A stretch of 64,000 bases of DNA from an uncultured Verrucomicrobiae bacterium (GTDB taxonomy: Bacteria; Verrucomicrobiota; Verrucomicrobiia; Limisphaerales; JAFGQR01): NCBI GenBank assembly GCA_963788655.1, contig CAWBHS010000009.1:32001-96000 (forward strand). The letters run 5' to 3'. The position numbers and the translations under genes were made by a program. Below the pieces are notes generated by a model. That model was not told where the DNA came from. It ran no database searches and worked only from the letters and a program-made list of their open reading frames with translations. This document shows positions 34,225-42,964 of this stretch, piece after piece (the stretch's first letter is position 1; each line of letters begins with the position of its first letter).

Positions 34225-34706
34225 CAACGTGTTTCCGGCGTCCCGCCAGAAGAATCGGATAGCGAATGTGGTTTGAAAGTCCGGAGGACGGACCATCCGA
34301 ACGGTCCGTTCCAAACTGCCGGCAAGATGCCGGCAGCACGCTGGCAACGTGCTTCTGGCGTCTCGCTGGAAGAAACGGATACGCGAACGTGGTTTGAAAG
34401 TCCTGGAGGACTGACGATTCAAACGGCCCGTTCCAAACTGCCGGCAAGATGCCGGCAGCACGCTGGCAACGTGCTTCCGGCGTCCCGCCGGAAGAAACGG
34501 ATATGCGAACGTGGTTTGAAAGTCCTGGAGGGCTGACGATTCAAACGGCCCGTTCCAAACTGCCGGCAAGATGCCGGCAGCACGCTGGCAACGTGCTTCC
34601 GGCGTCCCGCCGGAAGAAACGGATACGCGAACGTGGTTTGAATGTCCTGGAGGGCTGACGATTCAAACGGCCCGTTCCAAACTGCCGGCAAGATGCCGGC
34701 AGCACG
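34225..34706. repeat. Tandem array of 4 x ~122-bp REPIN-like units (REP family A, opposite orientation to the 677 array)
   Basis: Units start CAACGTG at 34225, 34345, 34467, 34589 and end CTGCCGGCAAGATGCCGGCAGCACG; leftmost unit most degenerate. Confidence 0.9.
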
Positions 34707-34867
34707 CTCGCTTCTCGCCAACAGTTTTAATGATTGCCTCCGACCATCAAAAGTGCTCTACTGAGCGTCACCAAAACCTTTCCTGGCCATTTGATCTGTC
34801 TGGTTCCGGCCGTATGCGCGTCAAGTTGACGCGGCAGCGCCAAGGATTGGGGAGCGGTTGAGAGCAA

Positions 34868-36829
34868 ATGATGACTGTGAGGCAGCTTATGGAAACCTCA
34901 AGAATTCGCTTTTGGACAGGCACGGCAATCTTCGTGTTCTTTCTAGGTGGGGCACCGTTGGCACCGGCGCAAACGACTCTCCTGTTTCCTTACGATGCCA
35001 CGTGGAAATACGAAAGCTCCGGCACCGATTTGGGAACCACCTGGCGGGAACCGGGTTTTGACGATTCCACATGGGCGTCGGGTGCCGGGGTATTTTCGTG
35101 TCCCTGGTACGAATCACTTCCCTTGGAGGCGGTGGCAGCCGGAGCCGCCATCCGCACCGATTTGTCGCTGGCGGACAGTGCCGGGGAACGAATTCGCACC
35201 TATTACTTCCGCACCCGGTTTACGCTGGGGCCGACCCCGGCCAACGTCGTGTTGGTCTTTACCAATCTGGTGGATGACGGGGCGGTATTTTACGTCAACG
35301 GCCAGGAAGTTCATCGCGAGAACATGCCCTCGAATACGATTGATTATGTCACTTTCGCCACCAATGCGGTGGAAGTGAGCGAGGGGACAAGCTACTTTCG
35401 GGTCGCCCCAACCAATCTCGTCGCGGGTGAAAACGTTTTGGCGGTGGAAATTCACCAAGTCAACCTCACCAGCAATGATGTGGTCTTTGGCTTGAGGCTC
35501 GGCATGTATATGGTCGATCCGGCTACGATTGTGATGCAACCTTCCGACGTCGAAGTTGAAGCCAATCAGCCCTTCACGCTGACCGCGTCCGCCACCGGTG
35601 ACGAGTTGACGTATCAATGGCAAAAGGACGATGGCACCGGCGATTTTGTGGATATCCAATCCGCCAACGGCCCCACCCTCTCGGTATCGCTGGCCTCTCC
35701 GATTGACGCGGGCAGCTATCGGTTGCTGGTCACCAATATCCTGGGCAGCTTGACCAGCCGGGTGGCGCGGGTGCAAGTGGTGCCGGACGTGACGGGACCG
35801 GTAATTCTCTCGGCCGTCGCCCAGGCGGGTTTCCCGCCGTATCTGATCACGGTTTCATTTAACGAGAAGGTGAACTTTTTGTCCGTCCGAAACACCAATC
35901 AGTACACGATCACTGAGGCGGGAACCGGCAATATGCTGGTCGTCTCCAACGCCCAATATGCCGGCACCAGTGTCCACTTGACGGTTTCGCCGTGGAACCC
36001 TGGCTCGGAATATGTATTGACGGTCAATGACGTGCGCGACAATACGCCGGCGCGCAACGTCATTGCTCCCAATAGCGAGGTGGGAGTTGGGTTTATGCTC
36101 GCCCAACCGCTGCTGAACTTGGACCACTGGTGGCGGTGGAATGAGGCAGGGATCGACCTCGGGACCGCCTGGCGCACCAACTTGCTGGAAGGAACCGTGT
36201 ATGGCGAGGGCCAGGGTGTTTTTGGTTTTGAATTCAACACGCTTTCGCCGTGCTTGGGCGATTTGCGCACCCTCGTCTCGATCGGCCCCATGACCCATTA
36301 CTTTGTTACCGACTTCGTTGCTCCGCCCACCGTTCCAAACGCCACGCTGGAATGCCGGAGCCAGGTGGACGACGGATGCGTCTTTTATCTGAACGGCGTC
36401 GAATGCGGCCGTTACAACATGCCTGATCCTCCTGGTGAGATTGGTTATTACACATTGGCGTCCACCGGCATCGGCGATGCCCAATGTGTGACCAATACCT
36501 TTGCGGTCACCAACCTCCTGTCCGGCACGAACATTATGGCCGTCGAGATCCATCAAAGCACCCCGACGAGTAACGACGTGCTGTTCGGCTTGGAAATGAC
36601 TGGCTATTTGACCCGGACGTATCCACTGCCGGAAAGCCCGCCCCCCCGCTTGCAATTGGAACGTCAGGATGAGGACCTCCGCCTGGAATGGAACGGCGGC
36701 GGCTACGCCCTGCAAAGCGCCACCCAACTTGTTGGTCCCTGGACCGAGGTCCAGCCGGACATGAGCAACCCGTATTTGACCGCGGCGACCAACGGGGTCA
36801 GCCGCTTCTGGCGGCTGATCAAGAAGTAA
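34868..36829 (+). CDS. Secreted protein with Ig-like domains and two beta-sandwich (DLGT.WR...DDG.VFY.NG) domains
   Basis: Signal peptide ..VFFLGGAPLAPA; duplicated DLGT(T/A)WR...DDG(A/C)VFY(V/L)NG...AVEIHQ domain; YQWQKD...DAGSYRL Ig. Confidence 0.75.
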   Translation: MMTVRQLMETSRIRFWTGTAIFVFFLGGAPLAPAQTTLLFPYDATWKYESSGTDLGTTWREPGFDDSTWASGAGVFSCPWYESLPLEAVAAGAAIRTDLSLADSAGERIRTYYFRTRFTLGPTPANVVLVFTNLVDDGAVFYVNGQEVHRENMPSNTIDYVTFATNAVEVSEGTSYFRVAPTNLVAGENVLAVEIHQVNLTSNDVVFGLRLGMYMVDPATIVMQPSDVEVEANQPFTLTASATGDELTYQWQKDDGTGDFVDIQSANGPTLSVSLASPIDAGSYRLLVTNILGSLTSRVARVQVVPDVTGPVILSAVAQAGFPPYLITVSFNEKVNFLSVRNTNQYTITEAGTGNMLVVSNAQYAGTSVHLTVSPWNPGSEYVLTVNDVRDNTPARNVIAPNSEVGVGFMLAQPLLNLDHWWRWNEAGIDLGTAWRTNLLEGTVYGEGQGVFGFEFNTLSPCLGDLRTLVSIGPMTHYFVTDFVAPPTVPNATLECRSQVDDGCVFYLNGVECGRYNMPDPPGEIGYYTLASTGIGDAQCVTNTFAVTNLLSGTNIMAVEIHQSTPTSNDVLFGLEMTGYLTRTYPLPESPPPRLQLERQDEDLRLEWNGGGYALQSATQLVGPWTEVQPDMSNPYLTAATNGVSRFWRLIKK

Positions 36830-36882
36830 CGGTAAGTGGGGCGCGTATGACTAGCCTGATGATGGAGTGGCGTTCGGAGTTT

Positions 36883-37028
36883 CGCGTCAGCGTTTGGAGT
36901 GCGTCCGGCTTGCCGGCGCTTTCGACGGCAGCACGAGGGTCGAATTTTGGCGGGGCTATTGTTGTGATTTGGCCTCCCCCTGTTAATCGAAAGCGGGAGC
37001 AAGCTCCACGCACTCCAGACGCTTCGCG
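36883..37028. repeat. Inverted pair of REP family B elements
   Basis: CAGCGTTTGGAGTGCGTCCGGCTTGCCGGCGCTTT ... AAAGCGGGAGCAAGCTCCACGCACTCCAGACGCT; same family at 4208, 4639 and 45403. Confidence 0.85.
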
Positions 37029-37141
37029 GCTCACGAACGCTACAGACAAATGCACGCGCCGGGCACCGCTCCAAACGCTTTCAGTGCGGTCCTCTATGCT
37101 CGGATTTCCTTGCGTCCCTCCCCGATCAAACCCCAGCTCCT

Positions 37142-37920
37142 ATGAACTCCATGTCGAAATGCATCTTGCCTGACAAACCTGGCCGTCAAGCCGGGTTCAC
37201 CCGCCTCGAACTGCTGGTCATTATCGCCACGCTGGCCTTGCTAGCGGTGGTCACCCTTCCCGTTCTTGCTGGCTCCCGGTCACCGTCGGATCGCGTGACC
37301 TGCTTGAACAACCTGCGCCAGTTCGGTATGGCGTTGCACCAATGGGGCAATGACCACCGCGACCTGCCTCCCTGGTGGACGCCGTGGTGCGAAGGCGGCA
37401 CCCGGGTGTACAACACAGTCTGCAACGGATATCCTCCACCGTGGAATGGCTTTCAGAACAATCTTTGGTTCCAATTGGTTTGTCTGAGCAATGATCTGCC
37501 CAGCCCGCGCCTGCTGGTCTGTCCCGCCGATGTCGTGCGGGCAGCCACGGATTGGTCCGCCAATCCGGCAGGCGGTCTCCTGCATCCAAATTACCGCAAC
37601 AACGCCATCAGCTATCCGATCGGGCTTGATGCCAACAATCCTGAAATCTATCGCCCGGATTTCTTCAGCCAACCCATGGTGCTGGCGAACGACCGGAATA
37701 TGCTGACCAACGGCCTGGGGCCTGTTCTACCGGGGTCCAGAGCGCTGCCGTGGTGCAAGGTCAAAGAGCAACGGCCGCGTGGCTGAATGCCATTCACGGT
37801 CTGCTGGGCAATGTTCTGTTCACCGACGGTCGCGTGGAGTCACTTAACACGAAGCAATTACAGCAGGCCCTCAGCACCAGGAGTGATCTCATTACCGAGC
37901 ATTTCCTCTTCCCGTTCTAG
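37142..37920 (+). CDS. Prepilin-type protein with H-X9-DG motif; one frameshift near 37720
   Basis: GFTRLELLVIIATLALL, CLNNLRQ, CPAD; manual second frame IHGLLGNVLFTDGRVE...HFLFPF* ends at 37920. Confidence 0.8.
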
Positions 37921-37960
37921 TCCTTCACTGTGGCGCGCAATTAACAAGGAGTAATGGCCG

Positions 37961-40900
37961 ATGAAAACAAATACCTGTCTGATGACCGAAATCGAAAATC
38001 CGAAAGGAATCCAAAGCGCCAAGGCCGCATGGCATCAGTCCGTCGAGCTGTCCGTGAGCCTCCTGATCTGGTTGGCGGCTCTGGAAGCGGGACACGCTGC
38101 CTTGTCGGTTATACCCGCTTCCAGCCATTCCATGTCCAACGCCGTGGCCAGTGGCGGTTCGTATTTGCCAGCGTTCAGCGCCGATGGGCAGCATCTTGTG
38201 TTCATCAGTTACGCCAACAACCTGGTGACCAACGACGATCTCGGTCCCAATCTGGATGTGTTTGTATCCGACTTGGCGAACGGCATCATCACGCTCATCA
38301 GCGTCAATACCAACGGCGTTGGCGGCGGGAATGCTGATGCGCTGCTGCCCTCCATTTCGTCCAATGGCCAGTTCGTCGCCTTTGCCAGCTTTGCCAGCAA
38401 CCTGGTGCCGGACGACACCAATCAAGCCACCGACGTTTTCCTGCGCGATCTATCGGCGGCCACGACGGAACTGATCAGTGTTGACCTCGAGGGGCGCAGT
38501 CCGCCCAACATCTATCGCTACACCACCAACGGATTGTCCGGCAATCCCCGCGTCTCCGCCGATGGGCGGTGGGTGTTCTTTGATAGTGCGGCGAGCAATT
38601 TGGTCGCGTTGGCCGACGACAATCAAACCACCGACGTATTCGCCCGTGACCGGCAAACGGGCACCACCATCCTGGTAAGCGTAAACACCAACGGCACCGC
38701 TTCCGCCAACGGCACTTCGCAGCTCAGCGACATTACCCCGGATGGCCGGTTGGCGGTGTTCATCAGCACCGCCACGGACCTGGCGCCGGGGGGCAGCAAT
38801 CGGGTCGTCGAAGTCTATGTGCGCGACTTGTCTGAAGGCTCGACCATTTGCGCGAGTGACAGCCAGCCAACTAACGTAGCCAGTGATGGTCGCGATTATG
38901 TCTGTCGATCAGCGGCCATAACTCCGGATGGACGCTTTGTGGCCTACCTGGTGAGTGACGCGGTTGTGGTTCGCCGGGGTTTAAGGGGGATCGGATCCGA
39001 CGAACGACTGGCGGGTGGTGTTCGCATCCCTCGGAGACTCACCCCTCTCGCTAAGTCACGATGGCCGCTATGTAGCCTTTGAATTTCATTCCACCAATGC
39101 TCCGGTTGAGGTCAGCTCCAATAGCGTGTGCCGAATAGACTTCGAGGATTGGACCGTGTGCAGCGTGACGTTAATGTCGGATGGCGGAGCCGGAGGTGAT
39201 CCCGTTTACCTGACAAACTACTGCTGGCGCACCGACCTTGTGTATTCGAATTACGCCCACAGTCCGCTGCTCAGCGCGGATGGACAGCGCGTCTTTTTTG
39301 TAGGCGCGACGAACCGCCCGGGCGATCCGTCCACCAACGACTGGCTGTTTCATCGGCATGCGGGATTTCAGCCAGCCAGAGTCGGCGGTGACTAATCTCA
39401 TCGAGGCCCGCGGACGGGCGTCGCGTGGCCTTTGCGACTTGGGATGACCGTTTAACGGCTTACGATTTGAACCAGGCCAGCGATGTCTGTGTGGATAATC
39501 TCGAGCTTGACGATGTCCAACTGATTTCACGGCGTCAACCGGATCTGCCTGACGTGACTGGTCAGGGAATCAGCATGCTGGGTTCCGGGGCCCTGAGCGC
39601 CGATGGCCGGGTCATTGCCTTCTTGTCGTCGGACAATCTGTTGACTCCGAACGACACCAATGAGTTGGTGGATGTCATCGTGCGAGATCTCACCACCGGC
39701 AGCACCTACGCACCGGCAGGAGCGCGGATCGATATCCCTCCCAACTATTGGTTTACCAATGCCGCGTCCGCGCCAGCGGTGAGCGCGGACGGCCGAATCG
39801 TCGTCTATGGCCGGTATGGATTGCCGCGGTTCGAATGGGGACTGTATCGGTTCGTCATCGAATCAAACCAATGGGAAGTGGTGGATCGTTTTCCGTGTAG
39901 TAACGATTATGGGCCCCAGTCAACGGGACATCCTTCGGTCAGCAGTGACGGCCAGTTAGTTGCTTTTGAGACGTTGGTGACCGCAAATGCATTCGTTTGC
40001 AACAACATCGTGGAACATAACAGCGGCAGCGATATAATCCTCCGCTACTTCGCCCTGGCCACCAACTACCATCGCATCGTCAGCCACAACCTCGCTGGCA
40101 CGGCGACCGGCAACGGGGATTCCCAACGCCCCCAGATCAGCCCGGACAGCCAATGGGTGCTGTTCCAAAGTATGGCCCGGGATTTGGTCGCGAACTCCAC
40201 GCCGGCAAACGTCCATCAGTTTTACGCGTACGAATTGGCCTCCGACCAAATTCAATTGGTAAGCCAGACGCCGAACGGTGCCGGATTGCCGGACCACGCC
40301 AGCAACGCCGTGTTCAGCGCTGATGCTCGCTGGGTGGTGTTTCAAAGCGGAACGAGTTTGTATCGCTATGATTTGGGCTTCGGCCACACCAACGAACTTC
40401 TGGTCACCAACGGCATGAATCCCACCGTCAGCGCCGATGGCCGCTGGGTGGCCTTCGAGTCACTCCGGGACCAGGGATCCGGCATCAGCGACATCCGTGT
40501 CGTTGACCTTCAAACCAGCCAGACCGAACTCATCAGCGAGAACCGTTTCGGCAACGGCCCCGCGAATGATTCTTCCACCTCGCCCCTCATCAGTCCGGAT
40601 GGACGGCTGGTGGTCTTTGCCAGCCAAGCCAGCGATTTGGTGGAGCATGATGTCAACGGGCACAGCGATGTGTTTGTGCGCTTTCGCGCATCCGGCGTTA
40701 CCCTGGCGCTCAGCCACAGCATTCTGAACGACGGTACCGGCAACGGTATTTCGTCCAATCCAGTGCTCTCCGCCGATGGCCTGTACGGTGGCGTTTCAAA
40801 GTTTCGCCAGCGACCTGATCGCCGGCGATTACAACGACACGCGCGACATTTTCATCGCCCACCTGGCTGGTCCAGATTCCGACGGCGACGGGCTCGATGA

Positions 40901-41252
40901 CGATTGGGAACTGGCCTATTTCAACACGCTGGACCGAGACGGTTCGGGCGACTTCGATGCCGACGGCGCTTCCGACGGTGCAGAATTCCTCGCCGGCACC
41001 GATCCCACCAACCAAGGTTCCGTGCTGCGGGTGTTGACTGTAACCCAACCCGGCAGCGGCAGCACCACCGCCGTGTTGTGGAGCGCCGTGCCAGGACGGA
41101 CGTATCAAGTGCAGTTTAAAGATGCCATGGATGTTCCCGAATGGAGCGACCTGGCTGAGCCGGTATTCGCTTCCACCTCGACTGGTTCAAAAACCGACGA
41201 AACTTCTGCGCTGTCGCGCCAGCGTTACTACCGGGTCGTCTTGCTACCATGA
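37961..41252 (+). CDS. Secreted TolB-like (PD40/WD40) beta-propeller protein with C-terminal DSDGDG Ca-binding repeat; at least 3 frameshifts
   Basis: Many P..S.DG..V.F.S.A.NLV..D.N...DVF..D repeats across ORFs 37961, 39015, 39425, 40776; DSDGDGLDDDWELAYF...EFLAGTDP. Confidence 0.8.
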
Positions 41253-41385
41253 AGGGGCAATTGCAACCGATTATTGGCCAACAGAAACGAAAAGCAAAAG
41301 GAACTCCCGTACAGCACGGTTTGGCTGCCGTATAGGAGAGGTTTCACGAAGTGATCGTCAGGCGTGGAACAGTTGGGGGCGGCGT

Positions 41386-41581
41386 TTCCCCTCACCCTGA
41401 CCCTCTGCCCAAGGAGAGGGAAGAGCGGTCGAACCTGCTCTTGTCTTTGAGCACGTCGCGACCGTCACCGCTTGCGTTGGATACGCGCGCCGGCGACGAA
41501 GTGCGGAAAAGTGCTCGCACTCTTCGCAGGGCGTCGAACGTGCTCCCTCTCCCCAAGGGAGAGGGCTGGGGTGAGGGGGAA
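41386..41581. repeat. Solo inverted pair of the CCCCTCACCC/GGGAGAGGG repeat (family D)
   Basis: TTCCCCTCACCCTGACCCTCTGCCCAAGGAGAGGGAA (41386) and CTCCCTCTCCCCAAGGGAGAGGGCTGGGGTGAGGGGGAA (ending 41581), ~118-bp spacer; same motif flanks the DUF559 gene. Confidence 0.85.
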
Positions 41582-41710
41582 GTTGGCGTCCGCAGTTCTA
41601 TAGCGCGGCGATTCGCACCGGTGCCGGCAAACTGGCTCTGTCTTTGAGCCGTTCGTCGATTCAAGCCTCCGGCTTTGCCGGACGTCGCCGATTGACCCAG
41701 TTGCTCCAGG

Positions 41711-42964
41711 TTATTTGTCCTTCGTTTTGTACAACTGCGCCAGTTGTATCAACAGCGTTTCCAGCTTCCGGTAATATTCGTCTTCGGAGATTTGCGACTT
41801 GGTTTCGCGCAGACCGGCGATGGCTTGTTCCAATTCGTCGCGGCGGGTGCGTTGCGCGGGCGACAACTGTTGCTCCTGCGCGCTGCGGACCAGGTGAAAC
41901 TGGTGCGCCCGCAAGCCATCCACGGCGGCGTCATCCTTGGCCTTGCGGACCGCCCGGATCCCACGGAACCAATCCGCCGGCGTGCCGAGGCCGTCGCCGT
42001 TGTCGTCGAGTAAGGCATGCTCGGTGGCCAGGCGACCTTCGGTTTGGTAAAACTCCGCGGTCTGCCGCGACGCCGTCAGGAACGCTTCGAGTAACGAGGT
42101 CTGGCCGTCCTTGTCCAGGTCGCATTTAAGGTCGGCAATGGACGTGGCCAGGTACTGGCCGAAGTGCGCGAAATTCAGTTCGCTGCCGCTTCGAGTGGCG
42201 GTAACCACGACACGGTTTGAGGCCGACAACCGGTTGATGAACGGTCCGCTGGCCGAGGCCGTGTTGATGATGGCCACGGGCCGATGGAACGGTTGCAGCC
42301 ACGTGGCCAGTTCGGTGGCGGACAAATCGGGGCCGCGCAAGTTGAACTTCGCTTCGTGGCCGTCAAACGTGCCGTGCCCCATGAGCACCAGCCACAGTTC
42401 GTTGGCGCTGTCTTTCGGTTCGTTGCCCAGAATGGCTTCGAGGCGCTCGTGGTCATTCGTTTTGCCCTCAGGACCAAGGCCAACCACAAGGCACCGCGCC
42501 ATCGCCTGGGTGCAGGCTTGTGACCACTGATTGGCCCATTCGGCAAATTGTTGAGCAAACTCTTCTTCGCCGGGCGCACCGATGGTGAGGACCACGGTCG
42601 TCTGGCTGTTGGTGGCTGAGGGAGCGGCGGGCACTGCTGTTATGCCGACGGAGAGAATGAAGAGTGCGAACCGCAACCATCCCGTGAGCCGGGGGAGCGC
42701 GCCCGCCCCGGGCGCTGTGGTTGGCGCCTCGCCAACCACATTCGAGCGGCTGAGACGCCTTGAACCAATGAATGTGGCTGCGTTCGTGAGAACGCGGCTA
42801 ATTTTAAACGGAGCCACAACGCCAGCAGGACTGTTCTGGCGTTCCCCAAAAAGCGACCGGATTGCTTTCTTCTGGTGGTGCCATTTCATCGCGTTAGTCA
42901 GCCGCGTTCTCACGAACGCAGCCACGCCAACTGGATCGATGCGGCCAAAGCATACCCTTTTCAT
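41711..42964 (-). CDS. Exported caspase/legumain-fold-like protein (last gene of the MoxR operon); N-terminus contains in-frame REP sequence
   Basis: ATG at 42964 overlaps upstream TGA; signal-like WLRFALFILSVGITAVPA; LMGHG and INTASASG motifs, VVVTAT; C-terminal coiled coil. Confidence 0.6.
   Translation of the reverse strand: MKRVCFGRIDPVGVAAFVRTRLTNAMKWHHQKKAIRSLFGERQNSPAGVVAPFKISRVLTNAATFIGSRRLSRSNVVGEAPTTAPGAGALPRLTGWLRFALFILSVGITAVPAAPSATNSQTTVVLTIGAPGEEEFAQQFAEWANQWSQACTQAMARCLVVGLGPEGKTNDHERLEAILGNEPKDSANELWLVLMGHGTFDGHEAKFNLRGPDLSATELATWLQPFHRPVAIINTASASGPFINRLSASNRVVVTATRSGSELNFAHFGQYLATSIADLKCDLDKDGQTSLLEAFLTASRQTAEFYQTEGRLATEHALLDDNGDGLGTPADWFRGIRAVRKAKDDAAVDGLRAHQFHLVRSAQEQQLSPAQRTRRDELEQAIAGLRETKSQISEDEYYRKLETLLIQLAQLYKTKDK
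42700..42925. repeat. REP family E inverted pair plus an additional hairpin repeat inside the 5' part of the 41711-42964 ORF
   Basis: GTGGCTGCGTTCGTGAGAACGCGGCT (42774) / AGCCGCGTTCTCACGAACGCAGCCAC (ending 42925); hairpin TGTGGTTGGCG-CCT-CGCCAACCACA (42716-42740). Confidence 0.75.

Noticed and set aside
34225..34706. CRISPR array
   Set aside because: Whole-unit tandem duplication, not unique spacers.
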